Source: a virus. Taken from it: a DNA stretch of 64,000 bases. The DNA is taken from positions 28,378 to 92,377 of the IMG/VR virus record IMGVR_UViG_3300023192_003818; one strand, 5' to 3'. Made by a program: the position numbers and the translations under genes. Under the pieces are notes generated by a model, which was not told where the DNA came from, searched no databases, and saw only the letters and a program-made list of their open reading frames with translations. Shown here one piece after another: positions 48,267 through 58,086 of the stretch; position 1 is the first letter of the stretch; each line of letters opens with the position of its first letter.

Positions 48267-48575
48267 TTATAATTTTTTCTTACTTAATTCTTCATTATCA
48301 TAATATTTTATGAATAATTCATATCCATCTTCCTCACATTTATTACAAGAATAACCTTTACTTACTGTATTTAATGCTTGGTCATAAACGTATAAATTTT
48401 CTAATTCTTCATTTTCTTCAGGAGTAAATTCAGTAGGATCTTTTTCTAAATTTTTAAACCAATCTTTTCTTCCCCATTTATCGATTAATATTTCCATTTT
48501 TTCTTGGGGGAAAATCATTGGTAAAAAGAGCCATTCATTATCTGTATTTTGTTCACAAAATTGACATTTATTCAT
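48267..48575 (-). CDS. CxxC...CxxC zinc-binding hypothetical protein
   Basis: CQFC and YDQALNTV...CNKC. Confidence 0.6.
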   Translation of the reverse strand: MNKCQFCEQNTDNEWLFLPMIFPQEKMEILIDKWGRKDWFKNLEKDPTEFTPEENEELENLYVYDQALNTVSKGYSCNKCEEDGYELFIKYYDNEELSKKKL

Positions 48576-48657
48576 TTTTTATATATTTTTAATTTCACAA
48601 TTCATATTATTCATCTTATTTCTCTCTTTTTTCTTATATTGAGGTACATATTTTTCT

Positions 48658-49050
48658 TTATTTAATTATACAATCTCTACACTCCCAACTTGGACCAACT
48701 GTATTTAAAAGTTGGTCATAAAAGTAAGCATTATCAACTTTTTTAGCTCCAAATTTTTCTTCTAATTTAGTTTGGATTTCTTCACTCCAATTATTATTAT
48801 TATTTTTCATTAAAACATCTTGATAATCTAAAATTTTATTTAATTCTTTATCTTTCATTCCAATATATTCACAGGCATCTATTCTTTCTTCAATCATTGC
48901 TCTAAAAATTTTAACTAATTTTTGCCCTTCAAAATTACCAACTAAAGGGTCTCCTTCTTTGCCAAAAGGTTTTAAATCATTAATATGAACTTGACATCTT
49001 TCACATTTTCTATCTGTTGGGGGTGGGTTAATATAAATTTTTTTAGTCAT
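48658..49050 (-). CDS. CxxC...CxxC zinc-binding hypothetical protein
   Basis: CERC and YDQLLNTV...CRDC. Confidence 0.6.
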   Translation of the reverse strand: MTKKIYINPPPTDRKCERCQVHINDLKPFGKEGDPLVGNFEGQKLVKIFRAMIEERIDACEYIGMKDKELNKILDYQDVLMKNNNNNWSEEIQTKLEEKFGAKKVDNAYFYDQLLNTVGPSWECRDCIIK

Positions 49051-49148
49051 AACTTATTTATTTTAAGGTTTTATAAAATTTTGTAAATTTCCAAATTTGA
49101 GTCCATACCCCACATTTTTCATTAAATCTTTTTTATTTAAATCCCCCA

Positions 49149-50906
49149 TTATATATTTAATTTTACTTTACCTTCACAGGGTAGAGATTTCATAAATTCT
49201 TCCTTAAATTTGGGGTCTTTCATAATTTTATTTATGTGATTATTTGCACATAATGCACTTTGTTGAATTATAGACCACCCTGTCAATGTAATGGCTTCAC
49301 TTAATATAGCTTTATTTTTTCCATATCTAAATGAAGGCAAAGAACTTGCCCCATACAAACTATTTAGTAAAATTTTAAATGAGTTTTGAATCATAAAATA
49401 ATGATCTCCTTTTTCCTCATCTCCTGCTTTATAAGCTTCTTTCATTAGTCTTTTATATTCAACTCTTTCGTTAAACCATTCTTCTAAAACTATAGCCATT
49501 ACTGATTTCTTATCGGTTCTAAACATAACTCCATTTGCAGATATTGATAATTTTTTACCTATAATAAATTTTATTAGACTAGAAACTTTCATTTTTACTC
49601 TTTTGTTTTGGTCGCTATTTTCAATAACTAATTCCTCATCAGGGTCTCTCTCTTTTAAATCATTAAGCCCCAATCTATTATTACGGTCATTATCATCAAT
49701 AATCCTAGCTACTAATGTTTCTCTTCCTATATTAAGAGAAATAATAATAAAAGGATATTGAGATGTTAAATCTTCATCAAACATATATTTATAAAGACCT
49801 GCTTTTGGGCAAAACAAATAACCTCCTGCATATCCTTTTTTTGATATTTGATTTCTTTCTCTTGCAGGAGGAATTATTCCTTGAGATAATAAATAAGCTG
49901 AAATAGCTCCATCATGTGTTTTACTACTTGCATAAACTTCACTATAATTATGTTTTCCTTTATGAGATATATTAATTGTTAAGTCTATATATTGTAATTT
50001 TTCATCCAATTTTTTTAATATTTCAACATCAATAAAATTATAATTAATAAATTTATGTATATCTTCTTTAAATAAATCATCAAGATTTCCATCATATTCA
50101 ATTTTACCTAATCCTGCATATTTTTTACCAATAGCATCTAAGGTATAGCTTGGTTCATCTCTCCAATAATATTTTTTATGTAATCTATAATAATCTAAAG
50201 ATTCAACCCCTGCGATTTGAACATAAGTGTCCTTATTGAACCACCAATCATTATTTTTTTTACATTTAACTATCCCAATTGGGGATAACATATTTGCCCA
50301 ATCTTCTCCTAATACATTACAAATTCTATAATATAGGTAAGGTATATCAAAAAAACAACCATTATAAGTAACTAAAATGTCAGGATCAATCTCTCTAAAT
50401 CTTTCAATAAATTTTGATAATAATTCTTCTTCATCTTTACAAGGTATAATCTCTTTATTTTTAAATTTGGTATATTTTAAATTTAATTGCGTATCCAAAA
50501 CCAAAATCCCCCATTTATCAAGTTGTTTATCCCACCATGCAATTGAAGTAATTTTTTTAGGGGCATTAGATATTTCAACTTCTGTAATCTCCTCTAGCAT
50601 TTCACACTCAATATCAAAAAATAATATTCTATGTGTAGTAGAAGGGGTACTATCTATCCCATATCTTTCAATTAGAAATTTCTGATATGGAGCCATATCA
50701 TGAAAATGTAATAAAGGATTTTGTTTATCCCATTTCCATATCTTTTTTAAATTTTCATCTTTAAACCCTTTAAATTCAGATTCTGAAGGAGAACATTCAA
50801 TATAAGCTTGATTATACCAAGTTATTTTTTTATAACTTTTATCAGTCCAAAGATGAATATTGAATTTATTCTTACCTATTTGTTCGGCAAAACATTTAAT
50901 ATACAA
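49149..50906 (-). CDS. polB: Family B DNA polymerase, N-terminal subunit (3'-5' exonuclease, motifs A and B)
   Basis: FDIEC (ExoI), YNG..FDIPY (ExoII), YN..D (ExoIII), DEDLTSQYP (motif A), QNSFKILLNSLYG (motif B); ends before motif C. TTG start. Confidence 0.92.
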   Translation of the reverse strand: MYIKCFAEQIGKNKFNIHLWTDKSYKKITWYNQAYIECSPSESEFKGFKDENLKKIWKWDKQNPLLHFHDMAPYQKFLIERYGIDSTPSTTHRILFFDIECEMLEEITEVEISNAPKKITSIAWWDKQLDKWGILVLDTQLNLKYTKFKNKEIIPCKDEEELLSKFIERFREIDPDILVTYNGCFFDIPYLYYRICNVLGEDWANMLSPIGIVKCKKNNDWWFNKDTYVQIAGVESLDYYRLHKKYYWRDEPSYTLDAIGKKYAGLGKIEYDGNLDDLFKEDIHKFINYNFIDVEILKKLDEKLQYIDLTINISHKGKHNYSEVYASSKTHDGAISAYLLSQGIIPPARERNQISKKGYAGGYLFCPKAGLYKYMFDEDLTSQYPFIIISLNIGRETLVARIIDDNDRNNRLGLNDLKERDPDEELVIENSDQNKRVKMKVSSLIKFIIGKKLSISANGVMFRTDKKSVMAIVLEEWFNERVEYKRLMKEAYKAGDEEKGDHYFMIQNSFKILLNSLYGASSLPSFRYGKNKAILSEAITLTGWSIIQQSALCANNHINKIMKDPKFKEEFMKSLPCEGKVKLNI

Positions 50907-51009
50907 AACCTTTTATTTTATTCATATTATTGTATCTTTTTTACTTCTATTTTTATTTAATGTTAAAGGTTGAGAATTTATATAATGAAAAAAAACTATG
51001 TTGCATAGG

Positions 51010-51645
51010 TTAAATAAAAGATAGAGGTTTATGGCAGTTTTGCAGTTCATTATTAGAAAAAAATTGAATTAAATCAGGTTTTACATATTCAATACTTTTC
51101 ATACTTTTCCTATCAGAACTTCTATATACTATCCATTTATCATTTACTTTTTCATAATGACATTTATGTCCTTTTTCTCTACTTCTAACTTCTACTGTTT
51201 TTTTAGCTATTTCTTCAGTATTACAAGATTTTGATAAATTTGAAAATTGAATTTCTTTATATATATTATTAAATTTATCTTTTAACCCATAAGCTAATAT
51301 TCCTGCACATAAAACATACATAATGTCCCCAAAAGCATCACTTATTTTAATTATATCATTATTTTCATATGCTTCTTTATATTCATCTATTTCCTCTAAA
51401 AGAAAATCATAAATAAATTTTTTCTCAAATTCAGGGATATCAAGGGTTGGAGTAGTGTTGTTTAACTTTCCAAAGACATCATTAAATTCTTCAACTTCTT
51501 CAACAAAAGGAACAATTTTTAAACATTTATCATGCGTTTTCTCAAAAGCTCGTTTTAAATCTCTTTTCAATTGAATTGTCGGTGTAATATAATGAGAAAT
51601 AATTTCTCCTACCTCATCATATAATTCTCTTAATTTTCTTAACAT
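51010..51645 (-). CDS. MazG-like / PRA-PH-like nucleoside triphosphate pyrophosphohydrolase
   Basis: VEEFNDVF, LLEEIDEY..A, ISDAFGDIMYV, EI..SNLSK, GK.MKS..Y.KP. Confidence 0.8.
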   Translation of the reverse strand: MLRKLRELYDEVGEIISHYITPTIQLKRDLKRAFEKTHDKCLKIVPFVEEVEEFNDVFGKLNNTTPTLDIPEFEKKFIYDFLLEEIDEYKEAYENNDIIKISDAFGDIMYVLCAGILAYGLKDKFNNIYKEIQFSNLSKSCNTEEIAKKTVEVRSREKGHKCHYEKVNDKWIVYRSSDRKSMKSIEYVKPDLIQFFSNNELQNCHKPLSFI

Positions 51646-51690
51646 TATCCTTCAAATTTATGTAAATATATTTTATTTATCTTTTAAATA

Positions 51691-52095
51691 TTACTTCTCA
51701 CTCAAATAATCAGCTACAGGTTCAGCATCTTGTCTCTCCCAAGGAAAGTAAATAAATTCATCTCCTTTATGTTCTTTTGCCCAAATTGAAGGAGTATAAT
51801 TTGAGGTATGTGGTTTAAAATACAAAGTAGCAGTATAGACACCTACTCCTTCCCTTAAGGTTTTCCCACTATCACAAATATCATCAATAACTAAAGTATT
51901 AGATGAAATAATATCAACATAAGGTAATCCTAGTTTATGGGAAACCATTACTGCTGGAATTAATCCTCCTCTTTTTATTCCCGTTACAGAAGTAATATAA
52001 GGAATATCTATTTTAATTTTTTCACATAAATTATTGACTAAGTCATTAATATCATCCCAACTAACTATTATTTTATTTTTAACTTTTAAAGACAT
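51691..52095 (-). CDS. Type I purine phosphoribosyltransferase (Gpt/Hpt-like)
   Basis: VTGIKRGGLIPAV, PRPP loop LVIDDICDSGKT, FPWE. Confidence 0.85.
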   Translation of the reverse strand: MSLKVKNKIIVSWDDINDLVNNLCEKIKIDIPYITSVTGIKRGGLIPAVMVSHKLGLPYVDIISSNTLVIDDICDSGKTLREGVGVYTATLYFKPHTSNYTPSIWAKEHKGDEFIYFPWERQDAEPVADYLSEK

Positions 52096-52238
52096 TATAC
52101 TTTATGTATTCCATTATTAATTTTTATATTTCTAAAATAAACCCCCCAGGGGTTTTTTAGGTATTTCTACAACAATTAATTCCATTTTGATATTATATGC
52201 ATTGAGCTCTATGGAAGAGACACAATTTATATAAAATT

Positions 52239-52874
52239 CTAACTTTTTTTAGCAATAGCATGCATAAATTCTTCTCTTACTAAATTACTAGGTTCCATAA
52301 ACTTCCCTGAAAAACTATTAGTTGTCATAACAGATTCAGGGTGTTTTACTCCTCTTAATCCACAACAAGTATGTTTAGCAGATATAGAAACAGCTATTGA
52401 ATTACATTTTAAATTTTTCTTTAAATAATTATGTATTTGTTGAGTTAAGGATTCTTGCATTTGGGGTCTTTTTGAAAACCATTCTACAACTCTATTAAGT
52501 TTTGATAAACCTATTACATATTCTCCTGGAATATAAGCAATTGAAGCTTGACCTATGAAAGGCATGCTATGATGTGCACAAAGGCTTGAGAGTCTTATTC
52601 CGGTTTGAATAACAACCCCAGCATAATTTTCATCATTAGGAAAAATAGTCATTTTAGGACTTTCAGAAACTGACCCAATAATTAAATCTTTTAACCATGC
52701 TTTAGCAACTCTATTGGGGGTTTCTATGGTTTGTCTATCAGCCATATAATCGAAACCAAGAGCATTTAAAAATTTTCCATAATGTTTTGAAGCCTTTTTA
52801 ATCATTTTATCTATTTCTTTTTCAGAACGAGGGATATTTCCATTTGCTTTTTTTATTAAATTTTTATTATTCAT
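52239..52874 (-). CDS. folE: GTP cyclohydrolase I
   Basis: TPNRVAK, SLCAHH, GLSKLNRVV, RPQMQE, HTC...RGV. Confidence 0.95.
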   Translation of the reverse strand: MNNKNLIKKANGNIPRSEKEIDKMIKKASKHYGKFLNALGFDYMADRQTIETPNRVAKAWLKDLIIGSVSESPKMTIFPNDENYAGVVIQTGIRLSSLCAHHSMPFIGQASIAYIPGEYVIGLSKLNRVVEWFSKRPQMQESLTQQIHNYLKKNLKCNSIAVSISAKHTCCGLRGVKHPESVMTTNSFSGKFMEPSNLVREEFMHAIAKKS

Positions 52875-52944
52875 ATATTTATTTATATTTTATTTTATTA
52901 AATTGTTTTTAAGTTTAATATACATAGGTGGGACAAATTCAAAA

Positions 52945-53784
52945 TCATACCCCACAAGTCTTATCCCACGCAGAAACGTGTAATCTTGTTAATCCTATGT
53001 AACCATATTTTTTGCCCATTTCTAAGCTAAATCTTGTTCTTTCATGAAAATCTTTTTGTGAATCTAATGCAGGCATTAATATAACACGGCGATAGGGAAT
53101 GTTAAAAGGTTTTATAAAATCTTCTTCAATTTCTTTCATATCCTCTTCAGTACTAATAACAAATTTAAACCAATAATTATCATGTTCCATAATTCGTTTC
53201 AAAGCTTTAGGTACAATTCTACGTTCTTTAGACATACCTGAGTTTGTTAACTTAACAGAACAATTGATTTGGTTTATATTATTAAAAAGTTCATCCTCTA
53301 TATAACCTGTCCCATTAGTTTCTATTTCATTATATAAATTTAGGTGATAAGGTTCCCCTATATTTTCTTGTTTAGCTATATTTAAATACCATTTTAGGAA
53401 ACTATTAATACCTTTTTGACTTATTGGTAATGTAGGTTCTCCTCCAGTCCAAATAATATTAATTCTTCCTTTATTAATCCATTCTTTAATTCCTTGTTCT
53501 TCCCAAGATTTAATTATGTCTTCAAAACTTAATTTAACACTTTTAATCCAAACTGGAATAGTATCACAAGTCCATGTGGCTTTACCTTCTTTATGTAAAT
53601 CTCCTACAAAATTTCCAGGTTCATGAACTTCTATACCTTTTTTCATGTTTCGTATCATTTTATCTGATACTCCACAAGATAAATTACAATTCATTAATCT
53701 AATAAAATATGCAGGGTAACCTGTTGTATGTCCTTCACACTGAACTGAGTAAAAATGTTCACTAACATTTAATGTTTCATTCAT
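52945..53784 (-). CDS. queE: 7-carboxy-7-deazaguanine synthase (radical SAM)
   Basis: SEHFYSVQCEG, FIRL..CNLSC...CDT, TGGEPT, IETNGT, SVKL.NSG, FKFV, RLHV..W. Confidence 0.9.
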   Translation of the reverse strand: MNETLNVSEHFYSVQCEGHTTGYPAYFIRLMNCNLSCGVSDKMIRNMKKGIEVHEPGNFVGDLHKEGKATWTCDTIPVWIKSVKLSFEDIIKSWEEQGIKEWINKGRINIIWTGGEPTLPISQKGINSFLKWYLNIAKQENIGEPYHLNLYNEIETNGTGYIEDELFNNINQINCSVKLTNSGMSKERRIVPKALKRIMEHDNYWFKFVISTEEDMKEIEEDFIKPFNIPYRRVILMPALDSQKDFHERTRFSLEMGKKYGYIGLTRLHVSAWDKTCGV

Positions 53785-53915
53785 AATTTCTTAATATTTC
53801 TCTAATTTTAAGAGTTTGTTCTTCAATATAATCAGGTTCCATAGTAGTACTACAACATATTTCAATTTCCGCATCTATTTCATCAAGTAATTTTAATATA
53901 TTCTCTCTATCTTTT

Positions 53916-54164
53916 TTATACATTAAATCTCCTTAATTGATAAATGTAAAAATATTTTATAAATAATGAAAATAATAACCCAAATACAAAACAACTTAAA
54001 GTTAGTTTCCACCACCAAGTAACAAACCATATTAAAATTGCAGAAGTAATAGCCCCTAAAACCCATAACATTTCTAAAATTAATACCATTATATAAAAAT
54101 ATGGATATTTTTTATCTATATGATTTTCAAATAATATAACTTCCTGTTTTTTAGTTAGTTTCAT
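53916..54164 (-). CDS. Small membrane protein
   Basis: Two hydrophobic helices. Confidence 0.55.
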   Translation of the reverse strand: MKLTKKQEVILFENHIDKKYPYFYIMVLILEMLWVLGAITSAILIWFVTWWWKLTLSCFVFGLLFSLFIKYFYIYQLRRFNV

Positions 54165-54168
54165 AACT

Positions 54169-54633
54169 TTATTCTATATAAATTCCTGAATTTCTTTTAT
54201 TTTCATTGCATTCTACTTTCACTACTTTTATTCTTCCTCCTTCAGTTTTACTAAAAACATCATTAAATTTATCAAATACTAATTTAGCAGTTGCTTCTGC
54301 TCCTACTTTATCTAAAACTATTAATTTTAATAAACCTAATTCTTCCATCATCTCAAAAGATTCTAATTGAGGATCATCTTTTTCAATTATAGTGGTATGG
54401 TCAAACATAGTATTTAACCATTCTTTTAAACCATTTCTACTAAATAGGCCAAAATCAACAATCCAGTTCATTTCATCTAATTGATTTTTTTCAATTTCTT
54501 CAATAGATTCGAACCATACTTTAAATTCAAAGGCATAACCATGAAGTAATTGACAATGAGAATGCTTTGCTTTCCATTGTCTTATGGCAACAGAATAGTT
54601 ATCAAATATTTTTGTGGATTGGTATTTACCCAT
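54169..54633 (-). CDS. queD: 6-carboxy-5,6,7,8-tetrahydropterin synthase
   Basis: C.LLHGY, IVDFG, FDH, AE..A, E. Confidence 0.9.
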   Translation of the reverse strand: MGKYQSTKIFDNYSVAIRQWKAKHSHCQLLHGYAFEFKVWFESIEEIEKNQLDEMNWIVDFGLFSRNGLKEWLNTMFDHTTIIEKDDPQLESFEMMEELGLLKLIVLDKVGAEATAKLVFDKFNDVFSKTEGGRIKVVKVECNENKRNSGIYIE

Positions 54634-54694
54634 TAATTATTTTTTTTTACTAAATCTCCATCCCAAGAAGGAGCAAATTGGTTTAATACTTTTA

Positions 54695-54940
54695 TTATCC
54701 ATTATAAAAACTTAAAATGGTTGGTTTTGATTGTATTCCTGATAATCTACCTATTACCTTATTGTCCTCTAATAAAATGAGAGTAGGTATGCTTCTAATT
54801 TGATATGCATTTAATAAAGGACCATTTGTATCAGCATCTATTTTTTGGTAATTAATATGACCTTTTAAGGACTCCATTATTGGGGAAAGAGTTTTACAGG
54901 GAACACACCATGAAGAACTGAAATATAATATTTTTTTCAT
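54695..54940 (-). CDS. Thioredoxin-like protein
   Basis: WCVPC; IRSIPT. Confidence 0.9.
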   Translation of the reverse strand: MKKILYFSSSWCVPCKTLSPIMESLKGHINYQKIDADTNGPLLNAYQIRSIPTLILLEDNKVIGRLSGIQSKPTILSFYNG

Positions 54941-54983
54941 TTTTAAGTTTATGTATTATGGTTGATATAATATAATAAAATTT

Positions 54984-55223
54984 TTATAATATTCCAACCA
55001 ATTGTTGAAATCTTTTAAATAAGTTTGGGGGTTTTAACTTCATTAATTCATATAACATTTTTACACGTTTTGGGGTAATAGATACTCTTTTACATTTAAC
55101 CCACCTTTCATTTCCTACATTTCTAAAATATAATTGATTTTTATAATACCCCCATTCATTAAGCCCACCATGATGGGGGTCTATTATAGTTTTTTTATTT
55201 GATATTGTAGAATTTAAAGGCAT
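54984..55223 (-). CDS. Hypothetical protein
   Basis: 79 aa ORF. Confidence 0.5.
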   Translation of the reverse strand: MPLNSTISNKKTIIDPHHGGLNEWGYYKNQLYFRNVGNERWVKCKRVSITPKRVKMLYELMKLKPPNLFKRFQQLVGIL

Positions 55224-55957
55224 TTATTTTTTTTTTCACTTGGGTAATAATTTTTAACAAAATTACTTTGCCAATATTCTTCAGTATCTACATCCATTAT
55301 AGTTAGTTTTCCAAACCATCCTGCTCCTGAATCTATATTCCATAAATTACCATATTTTTCAGGTAAAGCACTTGTAGTAGCAGTATGTCCTATAAATACT
55401 TTGTTAAACATTTTAGTTCCTTTAAAAGGGTTTTGAGATTTAGCCCCAGATTTAGCGCCTTCTAATAGACTTCTGTCCCATTGACATTCTTTAGATATTG
55501 TACCTTCATTTATCTTGTATAAAGCACTTACAGGAAATTCATCTTCTCTATAAGCCCACCCCCCATGAATAAAGATATTATTATCTTCATCAATGTAAAA
55601 ATTAACAAGATCTTTAAAGAAATCTCTATGTTCTTGATTTAAAGTATACCCGGTTTTAATATAAGAATTAATAGTAGCTTGACCTCCTTGTTGAGTCCAA
55701 TTAAAAGGGGTTATTCCTGTATGTAAATAGTCATAACACCAAACATCATGATTACCTAAAATTGTAACCAATCTATCTCCCATTGTTTTTTTAAGTTCAA
55801 TAAGACATTGGATTAGTTCAGCACTTTCAGACCAACCATCTACATAATCTCCTATTAAAACTAATTTATCTTTATGAATATCAATTGGAGAAAGAGTCAT
55901 TAATTCTTCAAAGGCTTTTAATCCTCCATGAATATCCCCCATTACATATTTTTTCAT
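55214..55957 (-). CDS. Calcineurin-like metallophosphoesterase
   Basis: GDIHG, GDYVD, GNHD, FIHGG, GHT, DSG. Confidence 0.9.
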   Translation of the reverse strand: MKKYVMGDIHGGLKAFEELMTLSPIDIHKDKLVLIGDYVDGWSESAELIQCLIELKKTMGDRLVTILGNHDVWCYDYLHTGITPFNWTQQGGQATINSYIKTGYTLNQEHRDFFKDLVNFYIDEDNNIFIHGGWAYREDEFPVSALYKINEGTISKECQWDRSLLEGAKSGAKSQNPFKGTKMFNKVFIGHTATTSALPEKYGNLWNIDSGAGWFGKLTIMDVDTEEYWQSNFVKNYYPSEKKNKCL

Positions 55958-56646
55958 TATTCTACAATTATTTTAAATGATTTCTCTACAATTTCTCTAG
56001 GACCTATATCGGTATTAAAGGTGGTTTTTATAAATATCTGCAAAGTATCACCAACCATCTCATTATCTAAATATATTTGTTGTCTAGGTTCATAATTATA
56101 TTTACTATATGTGCCTAATAGTATTTCTGCGTATGGACATTCCCAACAAAAGTGTTTTTGAATTTGATATCCAGCAATATTTAAAGGAGACATGATCTGT
56201 ACTATATCTGATAGAGTATATTCAATCTCTCCTATTGGAATTGGGGTATTATATTCACCATCCGTAAACCAACTTAATACTGAGTATGTAGGTACAATAA
56301 ATCTTAAATTTTCCAATGCTATCCAATAATCAGAATCATACTGTGTCTCAATTAATGGTACTCCATTAATTACAGCATTAACTTCGTCTAATTCACCTCT
56401 AATAGTAAAATATCTAAGACCATAATAAAAAATATGCCAATACCCATTAATATCTTTATAAGCATCGGGTTGTACTAGTTCATCTATATAAAATTGAGTA
56501 TTGCAACTACCATCTACACAAGCGGGCCCCATTTTCTCTTCTTGACTACAAGCCCAGAAGAGGCTTATTAAAATTATGCAACTTATCTTTCTCATTATGA
56601 TGAGAATTCTAAAGTTAAAAATAGTTTTTTCATATTTCATTTTCAT
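55957..56646 (-). CDS. Putative lipoprotein
   Basis: Likely start MRKISCIILISLFWAC (lipobox-like). Confidence 0.55.
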   Translation of the reverse strand: MKMKYEKTIFNFRILIIMRKISCIILISLFWACSQEEKMGPACVDGSCNTQFYIDELVQPDAYKDINGYWHIFYYGLRYFTIRGELDEVNAVINGVPLIETQYDSDYWIALENLRFIVPTYSVLSWFTDGEYNTPIPIGEIEYTLSDIVQIMSPLNIAGYQIQKHFCWECPYAEILLGTYSKYNYEPRQQIYLDNEMVGDTLQIFIKTTFNTDIGPREIVEKSFKIIVE

Positions 56647-56888
56647 TAATTTATATATATAACTTCTCCTTGTTTATTTTCTAGTAATTGAACTTCATAT
56701 TCAATATCTAACCTTTTTAATATTTCATTCATATTTTCTTGTAAGTAAATTTGAAATAATTGAGTAAAGATTTCAAAGGGTAAAAATGTATTTTGTTTTG
56801 TAGTATTGAATTTTTCTTGGTAATATTTATAAAACCAATTTAAATCAAAGTGGTTTAATTTTCTCATTTGCAAATATTTTTCTCTCAT
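56646..56888 (-). CDS. Hypothetical protein
   Basis: 80 aa; follows the promoter copy at 56914. Confidence 0.6.
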   Translation of the reverse strand: MREKYLQMRKLNHFDLNWFYKYYQEKFNTTKQNTFLPFEIFTQLFQIYLQENMNEILKRLDIEYEVQLLENKQGEVIYIN

Positions 56889-56913
56889 GGCCTTTATTGA
56901 CTTTAATTATTAT

Positions 56914-56963
56914 AATTAAATATAACGAAGGCTCCCTCAGAGATCCTAGCATTTTTGTGGTTG
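56914..56963 (-). promoter_or_regulatory. Repeated promoter motif (copy 8)
   Basis: Plus strand AATATAACGAAGGCTCCCTCAGAGATCCTAG. Confidence 0.65.
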
Positions 56964-57305
56964 TTTTAAAACTTCTCTCCAAGTATTTTTAAATAATTCC
57001 ATATTAAATTTATTTTATCTTTTCTTTGAGAATTTTTATTTCTTTTTCTATTCTAATTTTATCTTTTTTAGATAACTCTACCTTTTCATCAAGGGTTTTC
57101 TTTTTTGTTTTCACTCCACTTTTAAGTTGGGATTTTAATTGATTTAAAGCTCTTCCTTTTCTGCTTCTTTGTGGTACAGTCATAAAATTAATTTTAATTA
57201 TTAGAGGGAGAATAATCTGTGAATTTGGGAATCTCTACTTCCCAAGTTTTTTTATCAAAATTTATATTATTATTTTTAATGATTTTATATTTCATATAAT
57301 TTATT

Positions 57306-57848
57306 TTAAGGTTTCCACCATCCTTGTGCTTTATTTTTCATTGTATCAAATAATTCATTCCATTCATTTTGTTCTAATTCTTCAGATCTTTTAAAAACTT
57401 TATCAGAGTGTTTTTTTTCTTTTTTAGTTCTACCATCTACCCATTCATAAAGTTTTTCACCCTTATCATCTTTCTCCTTTAATTCTTTAAAATCCATACC
57501 CCCAAATACAATTTCACCTAATTCTTTTTCGGCAAAGGATAAATAAGGAGATTTATACAGATTTTCTATTATTTGAATTACACGTTTTATATCATTTTCC
57601 TTTGGCATTCTACCTTTATCAACTTCATAATTTGGAAAGGTTAAATAAACTTCTAACCCACGTTTTAATAATAATAAATTATAAGTATAATCCCATCCTC
57701 TATATTTCCATATTACCCAAAAAAACCTTCTTAAATTTTTTATTCCGTATTTAAAATTATACCAAATATCAGATAAGGTAAACCCTGCTCCCATTTCAGA
57801 TAATCCGAAGGTTAATTTATTTATTATTTTTTGTGTATCGTAATTCAT
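57306..57848 (-). CDS. Hypothetical protein
   Basis: 180 aa ORF ending in QGWW. Confidence 0.65.
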   Translation of the reverse strand: MNYDTQKIINKLTFGLSEMGAGFTLSDIWYNFKYGIKNLRRFFWVIWKYRGWDYTYNLLLLKRGLEVYLTFPNYEVDKGRMPKENDIKRVIQIIENLYKSPYLSFAEKELGEIVFGGMDFKELKEKDDKGEKLYEWVDGRTKKEKKHSDKVFKRSEELEQNEWNELFDTMKNKAQGWWKP

Positions 57849-58066
57849 TACATTAATTCTTTAAATATTATTAATACTTCTGCTAATGCAAATAAAGCAA
57901 AACATACTTGTAATTCTCCAAATAGCCCAAACCCACATGCTAAGATCCTAATTCCTGGTTTAACTAAACTAACATATAGATGTTTATTTTGGTTAGGTAA
58001 AAAATCTTTTCCTTCACTTAATTGAACTCTATATTTTTTGGGTAATTTTGGTATTTTATTTTTCAT
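57848..58066 (-). CDS. Small hypothetical membrane protein
   Basis: C-terminal hydrophobic segment. Confidence 0.5.
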   Translation of the reverse strand: MKNKIPKLPKKYRVQLSEGKDFLPNQNKHLYVSLVKPGIRILACGFGLFGELQVCFALFALAEVLIIFKELM

Positions 58067-58086
58067 ATTCTTGTATTGTTATATTA

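Noticed and set aside
47877-49148. Group I/II intron or intein between the PolB halves
   Set aside because: No homing endonuclease, RT or intein terminal residues visible; the C-half has its own ATG and N-terminus. Not fully excluded without a covariance search.
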